Below are positions 17,582 to 27,102 of a DNA stretch of 64,000 nucleotides, piece after piece. The notes beneath the pieces were generated by a model. It was not told the DNA's origin. It did not search any database and saw only the letters and a list, made by a program, of their open reading frames with translations. The stretch comes from an uncultured Dehalococcoidia bacterium (GTDB lineage: Bacteria > Chloroflexota > Dehalococcoidia > Lucifugimonadales > G958296245): assembly GCA_958296245.1 (NCBI GenBank), contig OY282458.1:926440-990439 (forward strand), read 5' to 3'. The translations under genes were made by a program, and so were the position numbers. The first letter of the stretch is position 1, and the number at the start of each line of letters is the position of its first letter.

Positions 17582-17633
17582 TCTACGAACCTTAATACTT
17601 CATCCGATTCTTGTTCTGGGGGCCGACAGGCAG

Positions 17634-18611
17634 TCAGTACACCTCGGGATTCACAGGCGTCAGGAGCCGTTCGCCGTTCAGGCCGTTGATCAGATTCTGC
17701 GCGGCGATCCTGGACATCTCGCCCCGCGTCTTGACGCTGGCGCTGGCGATGTGCGGCACGATGACGCAGTTGTCCAACGTCAGAAGCGGGTCGGAGGCGG
17801 GTATCGGTTCGGGATCGGTCACGTCCAGGGCCGCTGCGCCGATGACGCCGTTGCGGAGGGCGTCGTAGAGCGCCTCCGGGTCCACGACAGGGCCGCGCGA
17901 GGCGTTGACCAGCACCGCCGTGGGCTTCATCTTAGCCAGCTCCACCTCGCCTATGAGGTGGTGCGTACTGTCGTCCAAGACGGTGTGAAGGGTGACGAAG
18001 TCGGACTCGGCTAGGAGCGTGTCTTGGTCGACGTACCTGTAGCCTAACTCGGCCTCCAGGTCCTCGCGGCGGTAGACGTCGTCGTAGAGCACCTGCATCT
18101 CGAAGCCCCTGGCGCGCTTGGCGACCTCGATGCCTATTCTGCCCATGCCAATGACGCCGAGGGTTGCGCCGTAGATGTCCTGACCCAAGAAATGGAGCGG
18201 GTGCCACGTCCGCCACTGACCGGCGCGGACGGCGCGCTCGCCCTCGGTGATGCGTCTTGCGGCGGCCATCATGAGCGCCCACGCGGCGTCGGCGGTCGTG
18301 TGCGTCAACACGTCAGGCGTGTTACCCACGGGTATCCCGCGGCTCGTGGCCTCCGGGACGTCGATGTTGTCGAATCCGACGGCGATCTGGCTGACGACCT
18401 TGAGCTGCGGTCCCGCAGTGTCCATCAACTCCGAATCCACCTTGTCCGTGAGCAGGCAGAGCAGGCCGTCTACGCCTCTGACCCTCTTCAAGAGCACGTC
18501 CCGCGGCGGGGGCATCTCGCTTTCCCAGAGGTCGACGTCAGCCACGGAGCTGATCATCTCCAGCGCCTCCGGGAAGATCTGTCTTGAAACGAACACGCGC
18601 GGCCTCGCCAT
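17634..18611 (-). CDS. D-isomer-specific 2-hydroxyacid dehydrogenase (glyoxylate/hydroxypyruvate reductase-like)
   Basis: ORF 17634-18794 trimmed to ATG 18611 (GGAGGG upstream); MARPRVFVSRQIFPEAL...; NAD motif LGVIGMGRIGIEVA; ...NASRGPVVD...; ...VPHIASAS.... The discarded N-terminal extension is translation of a repeat element. Confidence 0.85.
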   Translation of the reverse strand: MARPRVFVSRQIFPEALEMISSVADVDLWESEMPPPRDVLLKRVRGVDGLLCLLTDKVDSELMDTAGPQLKVVSQIAVGFDNIDVPEATSRGIPVGNTPDVLTHTTADAAWALMMAAARRITEGERAVRAGQWRTWHPLHFLGQDIYGATLGVIGMGRIGIEVAKRARGFEMQVLYDDVYRREDLEAELGYRYVDQDTLLAESDFVTLHTVLDDSTHHLIGEVELAKMKPTAVLVNASRGPVVDPEALYDALRNGVIGAAALDVTDPEPIPASDPLLTLDNCVIVPHIASASVKTRGEMSRIAAQNLINGLNGERLLTPVNPEVY

Positions 18612-18654
18612 TGCGCTCCCTCCGGGTCGTCGAGTCTGGGGCACCATTCTAGCG

Positions 18655-18770
18655 GCCACAGAGGCTTTTTTCCATCGACAGGCACCCCCCCCTTGATAAT
18701 TGGGGGCACAGTACCAGAGGGGAGAATCTCTCTGGCTTCCTCCTTCGGTCTCACAGGGTCTGAACAGCTT
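18655..18770 (+). mobile_element. truncated copy of the MITE-like element (right two-thirds)
   Basis: CCCCCTTGATAATTGGGGGCACAG...CCAGAGGGGAGAATCTCTCTGGCTTCCTCCTTCGGTCTCACAGGGTCTGAACAGCTT aligns with copies at 31639-31829 and 35998-36171. It lacks an internal segment and the left end. Confidence 0.6.
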
Positions 18771-19042
18771 CGGCTGCTCGTCCACCCTTCCCAAAAACGG
18801 ACATTCCCTAAAGATAGGAGAGAAGAGGATGCCGCTCTAGAAGAGATGTGCCGAGAAGCGGACATGGACGTTGCCGCCTACTCCCGGGCCGGTCGAACAT
18901 TCCGGTCTTCGACATGTTGGGGTGACCTCGCTACTGCGGCGCGACGGGATTGTCGAGTACCTGGCGGACATGTTGGCTTCCTACAACGAGGATCCGAGTA
19001 ATGGGTTCCACGTACTAAGGATGGTGCGGAGGTCTGCGGTGG

Positions 19043-19339
19043 TTATGCCAGGTACAGAGTCATCCCGGCGTGGGGAAACGACACGCCGAGGTTGGCCTGG
19101 AAGCGCCGCTGGAGCGTGAGGACGTAGGCTTCACAGCCGCTCCCGGCGTCCTCCGGCCGGTGGGGGCATGGCTGCCCGAGTTCCTCCTGAGGGCACAGAT
19201 GCATCCCGGAGGCGTCTTCCCACAGGCCAACGACCCGCATAGGAGCGTAGAGCGCCTCGACGCAGTCGCGGAGCTCGGGGATGGTCTCACTGGCGCGGAA
19301 CGGGCCGTCCGTCTTGATCTCTACTACGACGTGCTCCAA
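19043..19339 (-). CDS. hypothetical protein (98 aa)
   Basis: TTG start 6 nt after the thiL stop, GC-rich third positions, no recognisable motifs. Confidence 0.4.
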   Translation of the reverse strand: MEHVVVEIKTDGPFRASETIPELRDCVEALYAPMRVVGLWEDASGMHLCPQEELGQPCPHRPEDAGSGCEAYVLTLQRRFQANLGVSFPHAGMTLYLA

Positions 19340-19345
19340 GGGCTG

Positions 19346-20386
19346 CTACCCCTTCCCTCCGCCGCCGGGGAGGAAGTGGTCCCAGCCCCCGGATGGAAGC
19401 TTCATGGGGCGGCCGGCGCCGTCGAGGACGTTCACGCCGCCAGCCCTGTCCGCCACCTCGCCGACTACGGTAATGGGGGTGTCCATCTCCCGGCGCGCCC
19501 GCCGGACGACCTCTTCCGGCGCAGTGAAGAGCAGCTCGTAGTCTTCGCCGCCTGAAAGGGCCAGCTCCAGCGCGTCGGCACGGTATGCCGCTTGCAGGTA
19601 GTGGTCCGTGGGGACGCGTTCGGCGTGCAGCACTGCGCCTACGCCGCTGGCCTCGCATAGCTTGCGGAGGTCGTCGATGAGGCCGTCGCTCACGTCGATG
19701 GCCGCACGCACGCCGCATCGGGCCAGCTCGATGGATTCGCGTACTCGGGGGATGGGCCGGTCGTGGGCGTCTGACAGATGCGCGGAAACGTCCGCGGGAA
19801 GGCGCAGACCCGCGCTCTTCATTTCCAGGCCGCCGGCGGAGCAGCCCAGATTTCCGGTAACGGCAATCACGTCGCCGGCCTCGGCGGCGCTGCGCGACAG
19901 GACCGGCGAATCGGCTCCCTCCGGCGGGGCCCCTGCCACGGCTATGGTGATGAAGAGGACGGGGGAGCTGACGGTATCGCCTCCAACCACGACGCAGCCG
20001 TAGCTGCGGCCGGCGTCGGCCATGCCCAGGCACGCTTGCTCTAGGCCGGCGGTGGGCACGTCGCCGCGCAGCCCCACGGTTACTAGGGAGTAGAGCGGCT
20101 CACAACCCATGGCCGCGACGTCGCTCAGATTGACGGCCATCGCCTTCCAGCCAAGGTCGGCCCACGTCGTGGACTCGAGCTTGAAGTGGACGCCTTCGAC
20201 CATCGTGTCCGTGGCGGCCACCATCGGGCCGGCCGGACCGTCCCATACCGAGGCGTCGTCGCCGATGCCCTGGCGCAGCCGGTATCCCAAGCGCTTCTGA
20301 TTCCGGAGCGCCGCGGCGCTTCCGCTTTCGAAAGCCTTGGTCATCATCGCGATCAGCGCGAATTCACTCGTGTCTCGGACGAGCAT
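19346..20386 (-). CDS. thiL: thiamine-monophosphate kinase
   Basis: EFALIAMM..., GIGDDASVWDG, VAATDTMVEGVHF, AMAVNLSDVAAMG, GGDTV: AIR-synthase-related fold with ThiL-specific motifs. Confidence 0.85.
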   Translation of the reverse strand: MLVRDTSEFALIAMMTKAFESGSAAALRNQKRLGYRLRQGIGDDASVWDGPAGPMVAATDTMVEGVHFKLESTTWADLGWKAMAVNLSDVAAMGCEPLYSLVTVGLRGDVPTAGLEQACLGMADAGRSYGCVVVGGDTVSSPVLFITIAVAGAPPEGADSPVLSRSAAEAGDVIAVTGNLGCSAGGLEMKSAGLRLPADVSAHLSDAHDRPIPRVRESIELARCGVRAAIDVSDGLIDDLRKLCEASGVGAVLHAERVPTDHYLQAAYRADALELALSGGEDYELLFTAPEEVVRRARREMDTPITVVGEVADRAGGVNVLDGAGRPMKLPSGGWDHFLPGGGGKG

Positions 20387-20395
20387 TGCCGGCGT

Positions 20396-21568
20396 CTATC
20401 CGGCCTGCCGAGGCCGGCGGTCGAAGGCGGGGATGACCTCCTTGCCGAACCATGCAAGCTGCTCGAGGACGACGCTCTGAGGTGTGCCCACAGCGTGGCC
20501 GACGCTGACGTGCTCGAGGCCGGGGAATTGCGCTTGGAGTTCTTCGAGCCGCTCGACTATACGCTCAGGCGGGCCGCACAGCCAGGCCCCCCCTTTCACG
20601 GCGTCGCGCAGTGTGGGCAGGCCCGCCCCGGCGGCCATGACGGGGTCCTCAAGCGCTTTGAGCTGCTCCTGCGTGACGTCACGCACGAACCCCAGGGGGG
20701 CGAACACCTTGACGTTCTCCTCGAAGAACGCCGATGCCTCCGCTATAGCCTTCTCCTCGGTGTCGGCGACGTGCATAGGGATGCCTATGGCAAGGTCTGT
20801 GCCCAACTCGGCCTCCCGTCCCACCCTGAGCAGGGCATCTCTCCAAGCCGTCATGACCTGTTGGGCCTGATCACCCCCGGCCGCCCCGCCGATGAACCCC
20901 TTCATCCCGTACTTGGCCATGAAATCGACTCCCCTGCGGCTGGCGCTTACGATGGGCTGCCAGCATTCGACCGGACGCCCCGACTTGGGCACGAGCGTGA
21001 TCTCCTCCAGCTCGTAGCCGCGGTAGGGGACCCGCGGCGGGATGTCGTAATACTTGCCGTGGAAGGAAAAGGACGGCTCGTTGAGGGCCCTGAGGACTAT
21101 TTCTACCTGCTCCTCGAACAACTCCCTGTTGGCGTCGCTGTCTCGCAGCGGAGCGCCAAAGGTCTCCACCTCGCGGGTGTGGTACCCGCGCCCAACGCCA
21201 AGGATGAGCCTTCCGCCGGTCAGGATATCGGCGGCGGCGTAGTCCTCAGCAAGCCGCAGCGGGTGCCACATGGGCGCCACGTTGAACGCGCAGCCGAATT
21301 TGATCCCCTCGGTGAGGTGCGCTAGGTGAACGGCCAGCATCGGGATGTTGGGGATGCATTCGTGGCCTTCCCTCTGGAAGTGGTGCTCAGCGAGCCAGAA
21401 TATGTCAAACCCCGACTCGTCCAGGACCTTTGCGATGGCCGCCGCCTTCTCGAAGACCGTGGCGAGCTGGTCGTCCGGAAGCCTACGGCTGTTTACCGGG
21501 ATGCCCTGGAACCCGATATCATCCATGTCTACGTGGCCGGCGTACAGGCTGCCAAAGGAAGTGATCAA
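20396..21568 (-). CDS. LLM-class (luciferase-like) flavin-dependent oxidoreductase
   Basis: FDIFWLAEHHFQREG..., GRLILGVGRGYHTREVETFG... are typical luciferase-like monooxygenase family motifs. Confidence 0.8.
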   Translation of the reverse strand: MITSFGSLYAGHVDMDDIGFQGIPVNSRRLPDDQLATVFEKAAAIAKVLDESGFDIFWLAEHHFQREGHECIPNIPMLAVHLAHLTEGIKFGCAFNVAPMWHPLRLAEDYAAADILTGGRLILGVGRGYHTREVETFGAPLRDSDANRELFEEQVEIVLRALNEPSFSFHGKYYDIPPRVPYRGYELEEITLVPKSGRPVECWQPIVSASRRGVDFMAKYGMKGFIGGAAGGDQAQQVMTAWRDALLRVGREAELGTDLAIGIPMHVADTEEKAIAEASAFFEENVKVFAPLGFVRDVTQEQLKALEDPVMAAGAGLPTLRDAVKGGAWLCGPPERIVERLEELQAQFPGLEHVSVGHAVGTPQSVVLEQLAWFGKEVIPAFDRRPRQAG

Positions 21569-21841
21569 GGGTCCTCCTATACTGTGTCTGGGGGCATTTT
21601 ACCCGACGCGGTGACACCTTCAGCAGGTCGTTGAAGCTCCTCCACTAATCCCCTTCCTGCTAGAGGATTATAATTGAATCTGCGGGCGACCCCTCAGACT
21701 CCCACCTTTAGGGGCTGGGCTGTTCAGCAACCCCGCGTCCGGGATCTCGCGTGCCGTCCGTATGGCCGTTTCCTGGATTATAATGGAGCCGTGGCCTACG
21801 CCCCTCCAGAGCGCTCCGATCTCGCCCCCCTTCCGGGGTCG

Positions 21842-22522
21842 ATGCCTGAGCCGTTCGCCATTGCCATTGATGGGCCGGCGGCGTCGGGCAAGACGTCCGT
21901 CGGCAGGCGCACGGCTGAGCTGCTCGGTTTTCGCTTTCTGGACACCGGCTGGATGTACCGCGCGGCAGCTTGGGCCGCCCTGCGGGGACGCGCAGCCCTC
22001 GGGGACGAGGACGGGCTGATAGCCTTGGCGGAGGGCCTCGCATTCGATTTCGTACTGTGCGGCGGTGAGCACCGCGTTCTAGTCGACGGCGCCGACGTAA
22101 CGGACCGCCTCAAAGACCGTGTGGTGGCGGGCGCGTCCTCCGCCATCGCGGCGGTCTCCGGCGTGAGGAGGGTCTTGGTGGCTCGGCAAAGGGCCATCGC
22201 GCGGCAGGGTCCCATCGTCATGGTGGGCCGGGACATAGGGACGGTAGTCTTAGCCGACGCCCCCGTCAAGGTCTATCTCACGGCCTCGGTTGAGGTCCGC
22301 GCCGCCCGGCGCCACCGGGAGTTCCGAGCCGCCGGCAACCCGGTGAGCTATTGTCAGGTAGTGAGCGACCTAATGCGGCGTGATAAGATGGACTCGGAAC
22401 GTGACGATTCCCCACTGCGGCCTGCCGGCGGCGCGATTCACGTAGGTACTGACGGGGTGTCCGTGGACGAGTTGGCGCAGAAGATCGCCGGAGTCGCCGC
22501 GAGGGCCGGATGGAAGTCGTAA
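21842..22522 (+). CDS. cmk: cytidylate kinase
   Basis: ORF 21674-22522 trimmed to ATG 21842: MPEPFAIAIDGPAASGKTSVGRRTAELLGFRFLDTGWMYRA..., MVGRDIGTVVL, KVYLTASVEVRAARR. Confidence 0.85.
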   Translation: MPEPFAIAIDGPAASGKTSVGRRTAELLGFRFLDTGWMYRAAAWAALRGRAALGDEDGLIALAEGLAFDFVLCGGEHRVLVDGADVTDRLKDRVVAGASSAIAAVSGVRRVLVARQRAIARQGPIVMVGRDIGTVVLADAPVKVYLTASVEVRAARRHREFRAAGNPVSYCQVVSDLMRRDKMDSERDDSPLRPAGGAIHVGTDGVSVDELAQKIAGVAARAGWKS

Positions 22523-23160
22523 ATCCCACTGCCAACTTCCTACAGGGTCTCATGCTCCGCCTGCTCGCCGACTGGCGCGTCAGCGGGAGGGAGAACGTGC
22601 CGCCCATGGGCCCGCTCATCGTGGTAGCCAATCACCGGAGCAACTTCGATCCGTCCCTCCTGTCTACAAGTCTGCCGCGCCGGATACGATTCCTCGCCAA
22701 GGAAGACCTCTTCAGGCAGCCGCTGGCCCGCTGGTTCCTGCGCTCCTACGGAGCCCACCCGTTGAACCGCGGCAGGGTGGACGTGTCCGCCTACCGCTGG
22801 ACGCTCGATCAACTCGCGCTCGACCAGGCCGTCGTGCTGTTCCCTGAGGGCACCAGGGCGCGCGGGGGCATGAAGAAGGCAAAGACGGGGGTTGCCCGGA
22901 TAGCCCTCAAGACTCAGGCGCCCATCCTACCGGTGGGGATCACCGGCACCGAGCGCCTCCGCTCGCCGGCCAGGGTTTTTAATCCAACGGGAACGCTGCG
23001 CGTTAACATAGGGACTGTCTTCACCGTGCCCAACATCGAAGGTCGGTTGGCCGTGGAGGTCCTCGATTCGATCACGTCGATGATCATGCAGCGCGTCGCC
23101 GCGCTGCTGCCGCCCGACCAGCGCGGCGCTTACAACCTGACGGGAACCTCCTCACCGTAA
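22510..23160 (+). CDS. plsC: 1-acyl-sn-glycerol-3-phosphate acyltransferase
   Basis: VVANHRSNFDP (HX4D motif) and LFPEGTRARGG; overlaps the cmk end by 13 nt. Confidence 0.8.
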   Translation: MEVVNPTANFLQGLMLRLLADWRVSGRENVPPMGPLIVVANHRSNFDPSLLSTSLPRRIRFLAKEDLFRQPLARWFLRSYGAHPLNRGRVDVSAYRWTLDQLALDQAVVLFPEGTRARGGMKKAKTGVARIALKTQAPILPVGITGTERLRSPARVFNPTGTLRVNIGTVFTVPNIEGRLAVEVLDSITSMIMQRVAALLPPDQRGAYNLTGTSSP

Positions 23161-23165
23161 CGGCT

Positions 23166-25010
23166 ATGTGCGGGATTATTGCATATACCGGCTCCAAGGC
23201 CGCCGCGCCCATCCTGATGGATGGACTCTCCCGGCTCGAATACAGGGGATACGACAGCGCCGGGGTCGCCGTGATCGGGTCGTCAGGTGAGGTCGCGATA
23301 CGAAAGGCGGCGGGTAAGATGCCTCAGCTCGCGGACGTGGTGAGCAATAACCGCCCCGGCGGCTACAGCGGCATAGGGCACACCCGGTGGGCGACCCACG
23401 GCGCGCCGACCTATGAGAATGCCCATCCTCACACCGACTGCCGGGATGAGGTTGCGGTCGTACACAACGGCATCGTAGAGAACTTCGTCGAGTTGAGAGA
23501 GGAACTGCGGAGCCGGGGGCACGTCTTCTCGTCCTATACGGACAGCGAGTGCATACCGCACCTGATCGAGTCATACATGGCTGAGGGTCTGCCCTTGGAG
23601 GAGGCGGTCAGACGAACGGCGCATCGCATCGAGGGCGCCCACGCCGTCGTGGCCGTCAGCCGCCTGAACCCGGGGAAGCTCGTCGCGTTCAGGCTGGGCA
23701 ACGCAGGCGGGCTGGTTGTCGGCTACGGCGCGGACGAGATGTTCATCGCCAGCGACCTGCCCGCCATCCTGCCGCACACTCGCAGAGTGGTCTACCTAGT
23801 GGACGGCGAGACCGTATCGGCGACTCGAGCCGGAGCTTCATACCGCCTGCTGGACGGCTCGCCCGTCGACAAGTCGTCTGTCCATGTCCCGTATGACCCT
23901 GTCTTGGCGACCAAAGGCGGCTACAGACACTTTATGCTGAAGGAGATCAACGATCAGCCCGAGGTTGTTACGGACGCGATGCGGAGGAGGGCCTTGTTCG
24001 ACACGAACGAGGTCGTGCTGGAGGGCTTGTCCCTGTCGGACCGGGACATTGCGGACATCCGGCGCGTCGTCTTGATTGGGATGGGGAGCAGCCTACACGC
24101 GGCGATGGTGGGGCGGTTCTGGATCGAGGCATTGGCCCGGATACAGGCCGAGGCCGACAACGCTTCGGAGTTCAGGTACCGCGACCCGGTCATCGATCGA
24201 CACACGCTGGTCGTGTCGGTGTGCCAGTCCGGAGAAACCGCTGATACGCTGGCCGCCATGGAGCTCGCGGCCAGGAAGGGGGCCAAGCAGGTCACGCTGT
24301 GCAACTACGAGGGCACGCAGGCCACCCGGATAGCGGACGGGTCTGTGATGGTGCGGGCGGGCCTGGAGGTCGGCGTCGCCGGCAGCAAGACGTTCACGTG
24401 CTCGTTGACCACGCTCTATCTGCTCGCCATCTACCTCGGGCTGAAGAGGGGGACCCTGACGCCTGAGCGTCGGGCGGAACTGATCCGGGAGCTGATGCGG
24501 TTGCCGGGAATGCTCAGCGCACTTCTCGACGGGAGCGAGTCGTACGAGAATCTTGCCCGCCGCTACGCGGCCTACCCGAGCTTCTTGTTCCTTGGGCGCG
24601 GCATCCAGTTCCCCATGGCAATGGAGGGGGCGCTCAAGCTCAAGGAGGTGAGCTATGTCCACGCCGAGGGTTACGCGGCTGGCGAGATGAAGCACGGGCC
24701 TATAGCCCTGATCGACGACGGCATGCCCGTCGTCGCGTTGGCCCCACGGGATGCGCTGTACCAAAAGATGGTTGGTAACATCAACGAGGTTAGGGCGAGG
24801 GGCGGCAAGGTCATCGCCATCGCTACCGAGGGCGACCAGCAGATAGAGGACAGCGTCGACGACGTGATATTCATACCCGCCGCGTCCGGCCTGATCACGC
24901 CGATGTTGACGGCCGTCCCGATGCAGCTCTTGGCCTACCATGTCGGCGTGCGCTTGGGGTGCGACGTGGACCAGCCGAGAAACTTGGCCAAGTCGGTTAC
25001 GGTCGAGTAG
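23166..25010 (+). CDS. glmS: glutamine--fructose-6-phosphate aminotransferase (isomerizing)
   Basis: N-terminal MCGIIAY (Ntn Cys), GHTRWATHG, two SIS domains, C-terminal ...DQPRNLAKSVTVE. Confidence 0.97.
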   Translation: MCGIIAYTGSKAAAPILMDGLSRLEYRGYDSAGVAVIGSSGEVAIRKAAGKMPQLADVVSNNRPGGYSGIGHTRWATHGAPTYENAHPHTDCRDEVAVVHNGIVENFVELREELRSRGHVFSSYTDSECIPHLIESYMAEGLPLEEAVRRTAHRIEGAHAVVAVSRLNPGKLVAFRLGNAGGLVVGYGADEMFIASDLPAILPHTRRVVYLVDGETVSATRAGASYRLLDGSPVDKSSVHVPYDPVLATKGGYRHFMLKEINDQPEVVTDAMRRRALFDTNEVVLEGLSLSDRDIADIRRVVLIGMGSSLHAAMVGRFWIEALARIQAEADNASEFRYRDPVIDRHTLVVSVCQSGETADTLAAMELAARKGAKQVTLCNYEGTQATRIADGSVMVRAGLEVGVAGSKTFTCSLTTLYLLAIYLGLKRGTLTPERRAELIRELMRLPGMLSALLDGSESYENLARRYAAYPSFLFLGRGIQFPMAMEGALKLKEVSYVHAEGYAAGEMKHGPIALIDDGMPVVALAPRDALYQKMVGNINEVRARGGKVIAIATEGDQQIEDSVDDVIFIPAASGLITPMLTAVPMQLLAYHVGVRLGCDVDQPRNLAKSVTVE

Positions 25011-27102
25011 CCGCCCCTTCGTCCGCCGGGTCGGCGGTTGGCCGCGAGGCTTGCCAGCGCCGTATGTATGCCTCGGCGTTGATCTTTTGCGGGCGGTGCA
25101 AGTTCCTGTTCGGATTCGAGGCCTGCTTCTTACGGCCGCGAAAGACCAGGGCGAACACGAGAGCCAAGGCCACCAGGACCGCGAAGAAGGACGCGGACGC
25201 CTTTCTGCCAACCACCTTCCGGAAGCCGAGGACCGAGCCCTCGCCGCCGGCCGTAAAGGCGTTCCTATCGTCGATGACCAAGACGTAGTGCAGGTCGACT
25301 TCCGTCCCGCTTTCGTCTGCTTCCCAATCCCTGCCGCCGTTCTTGGTGAAGATGATGGTCCCGCCCTCACCCACTGCCCAGCCGGTCTTGCGGTCGATGA
25401 AGCTGACGGCCTCGAGCCGGGACGTAGTTTCCGTCTGCAACAGCTCCCAGGTTATGCCGCCGTCGGTGGTCCTGACGGCGGAGCCCCTCGCTCCAACCGC
25501 CCATCCATGCGTCTCGTCGACGAATGCCACCGCCTCCAGGTCCGAAGCCGTGGAGCTCTGCTGGGGGGACCAGGAAGCCCCGCCGTCCGCCGTGGCCAGT
25601 ATCGTACCGGCTTGGCCGACCGCCCAGCCGATCTTGTTGTCCACGAAGTCGGCGCCCAGCAAGCTGCGGTTGGTCCCCGTCTCCTGCCTAGTCCAGGTTA
25701 TGCCGCCGTCCGCCGTGGAGACGACGGCGCCGGCTTCTCCCAGGGCCCAGCCCGTCAGCGCGTCGGCGAATGTTACCGCGTGAAGGGTCTCCGTCTCGCT
25801 CGTTGGCCGCTTCAGCCACAGCTTCCCCCCGTCCTGGGTCCTCAGTACTGTTCCCGACTCGCCCACGGCCCAACCGGTGCCTTCGTCGGCGAAGAAGACG
25901 CCGTTCAGATCATGCGGCGTCCCGCTGACCTGCCTGAACATGGTCCGCCCTCCGTCGGGGGTGTGGAATATGGCGCCGCCCGGGCCAACCAACCATCCGT
26001 TCCGCATGTCTAGGAAGTGGGCATCCGCCAGATCCGTGCTGCCGACGTCGTGCCAGACCAGGTCCCAGGTGCCGCCGCCGTCCTGCGTTCTCAGGATCGT
26101 CTCCCTAGCGCCGAGAGCCCATCCCGTCTCTTCGTCCACGAAGTGGACGGCCAGCAGGGAGGCGGTCGTGCCGCTGGACTGGGGTATCCACGTCATGCCC
26201 CCGTCGGCCGTGTTCAGGATAACGCCGCCGCGGCCCACAGCCCACCCGTTGTTGGGATCAATGAAATCGACATTTAGAAGGAACGCGCCGGAGCCGCTGT
26301 CCAGGGCGGTCCAGCTCTCTCCCCCGTCCTCCGTCTTTAGCACTGTCCCCAGCCGACCGACAACCCATCCCCTCTGCTGGTCCACGAAGTCTGCCGCCAA
26401 CAGGAACTGACTGGAGCCGGAGCTTTGCGTCTCCCAAGTCGCGCCGCCGTCGCCGGTTCGCCTGACGGCCCCAAAGCTGGCCACGCCGAAGCCCGTACGG
26501 GCTTCCATGAGATGCACCCCTGAGAGCCACTCGCCCGACCTGTCGGAGAGCGGGCTCCAGCTTGCTCCGCCGTCCGTCGAGTGGTAGGTGACCGAGAGGG
26601 AACTGACGGCCCATCCGTTGCGGGGGTCGTCGAACCGCACGCCTAGCAGATTGGCGCGCTCGACGTACTCTTCATCCGTATCCTCGCCGGTCTGCTTCCC
26701 CGCGGCCAGGGCAGGGTCCAGCGGAGGCGCCTCGCGCAGGTCCCAGGTCTCCCCTCCGTCCTCCGTGAGGACGACGACACCCTGAGCGCCCACCGCCCAG
26801 CCGGTGTTGCGGTCCAGGAAGTGGACCGACCTGAAAGGCGCGCGGGCGCCGGTATCCTGTAGCCTCCACGTCTCCCCACTGTCGACCGTCTTCATGATGG
26901 TGCCGAAGGTGCCCACGGCCCAACCTGTCTCGGCGTCTACGAACGTCGCGTCGATGAAGGATGGCGACAGACCCAGCTTCATCGACCATATCTTGGATTC
27001 CGGATTGTGCAGGAATACGGCGGCGCCTAGTCCCACCACCCCGATCAGGGCGCCGATCAAGACGAAGATGTTGAGTGGGTAGAATCTACCAAGCACGGTC
27101 AA
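24997..27102 (-). CDS. membrane-anchored beta-propeller repeat protein (Ycf48/BNR-like repeats)
   Basis: N-terminal TM (FYPLNIFVLIGALIGVVGLGAAVFL), many copies of ...GWAVG..G.I..T.DGG.TW..., C-terminal TM (FFAVLVALALVFALVF) and basic tail. TTG 27102 start is uncertain. The 3' end overlaps the glmS 3' end by 14 nt. Confidence 0.8.
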   Translation of the reverse strand: MTVLGRFYPLNIFVLIGALIGVVGLGAAVFLHNPESKIWSMKLGLSPSFIDATFVDAETGWAVGTFGTIMKTVDSGETWRLQDTGARAPFRSVHFLDRNTGWAVGAQGVVVLTEDGGETWDLREAPPLDPALAAGKQTGEDTDEEYVERANLLGVRFDDPRNGWAVSSLSVTYHSTDGGASWSPLSDRSGEWLSGVHLMEARTGFGVASFGAVRRTGDGGATWETQSSGSSQFLLAADFVDQQRGWVVGRLGTVLKTEDGGESWTALDSGSGAFLLNVDFIDPNNGWAVGRGGVILNTADGGMTWIPQSSGTTASLLAVHFVDEETGWALGARETILRTQDGGGTWDLVWHDVGSTDLADAHFLDMRNGWLVGPGGAIFHTPDGGRTMFRQVSGTPHDLNGVFFADEGTGWAVGESGTVLRTQDGGKLWLKRPTSETETLHAVTFADALTGWALGEAGAVVSTADGGITWTRQETGTNRSLLGADFVDNKIGWAVGQAGTILATADGGASWSPQQSSTASDLEAVAFVDETHGWAVGARGSAVRTTDGGITWELLQTETTSRLEAVSFIDRKTGWAVGEGGTIIFTKNGGRDWEADESGTEVDLHYVLVIDDRNAFTAGGEGSVLGFRKVVGRKASASFFAVLVALALVFALVFRGRKKQASNPNRNLHRPQKINAEAYIRRWQASRPTADPADEGAATRP

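Noticed and set aside
21660-21790. Two GGATTATAAT boxes (TATAAT at 21669-21674 and 21779-21784) upstream of cmk as promoters
   Set aside because: No acceptable -35 lies at 16-19 nt from either box, so the evidence is too weak to list them as features.
23100-23170. Looked for a glmS ribozyme upstream of glmS
   Set aside because: Only 5 nt separate the plsC stop from the glmS ATG, so there is no room for the ribozyme. glmS appears to be co-transcribed with cmk-plsC.
24093-26013. ORFs 24093-25370(-) and 24940-26013(+)
   Set aside because: They are antisense to glmS and to the propeller-repeat gene respectively, and have shadow-ORF composition.
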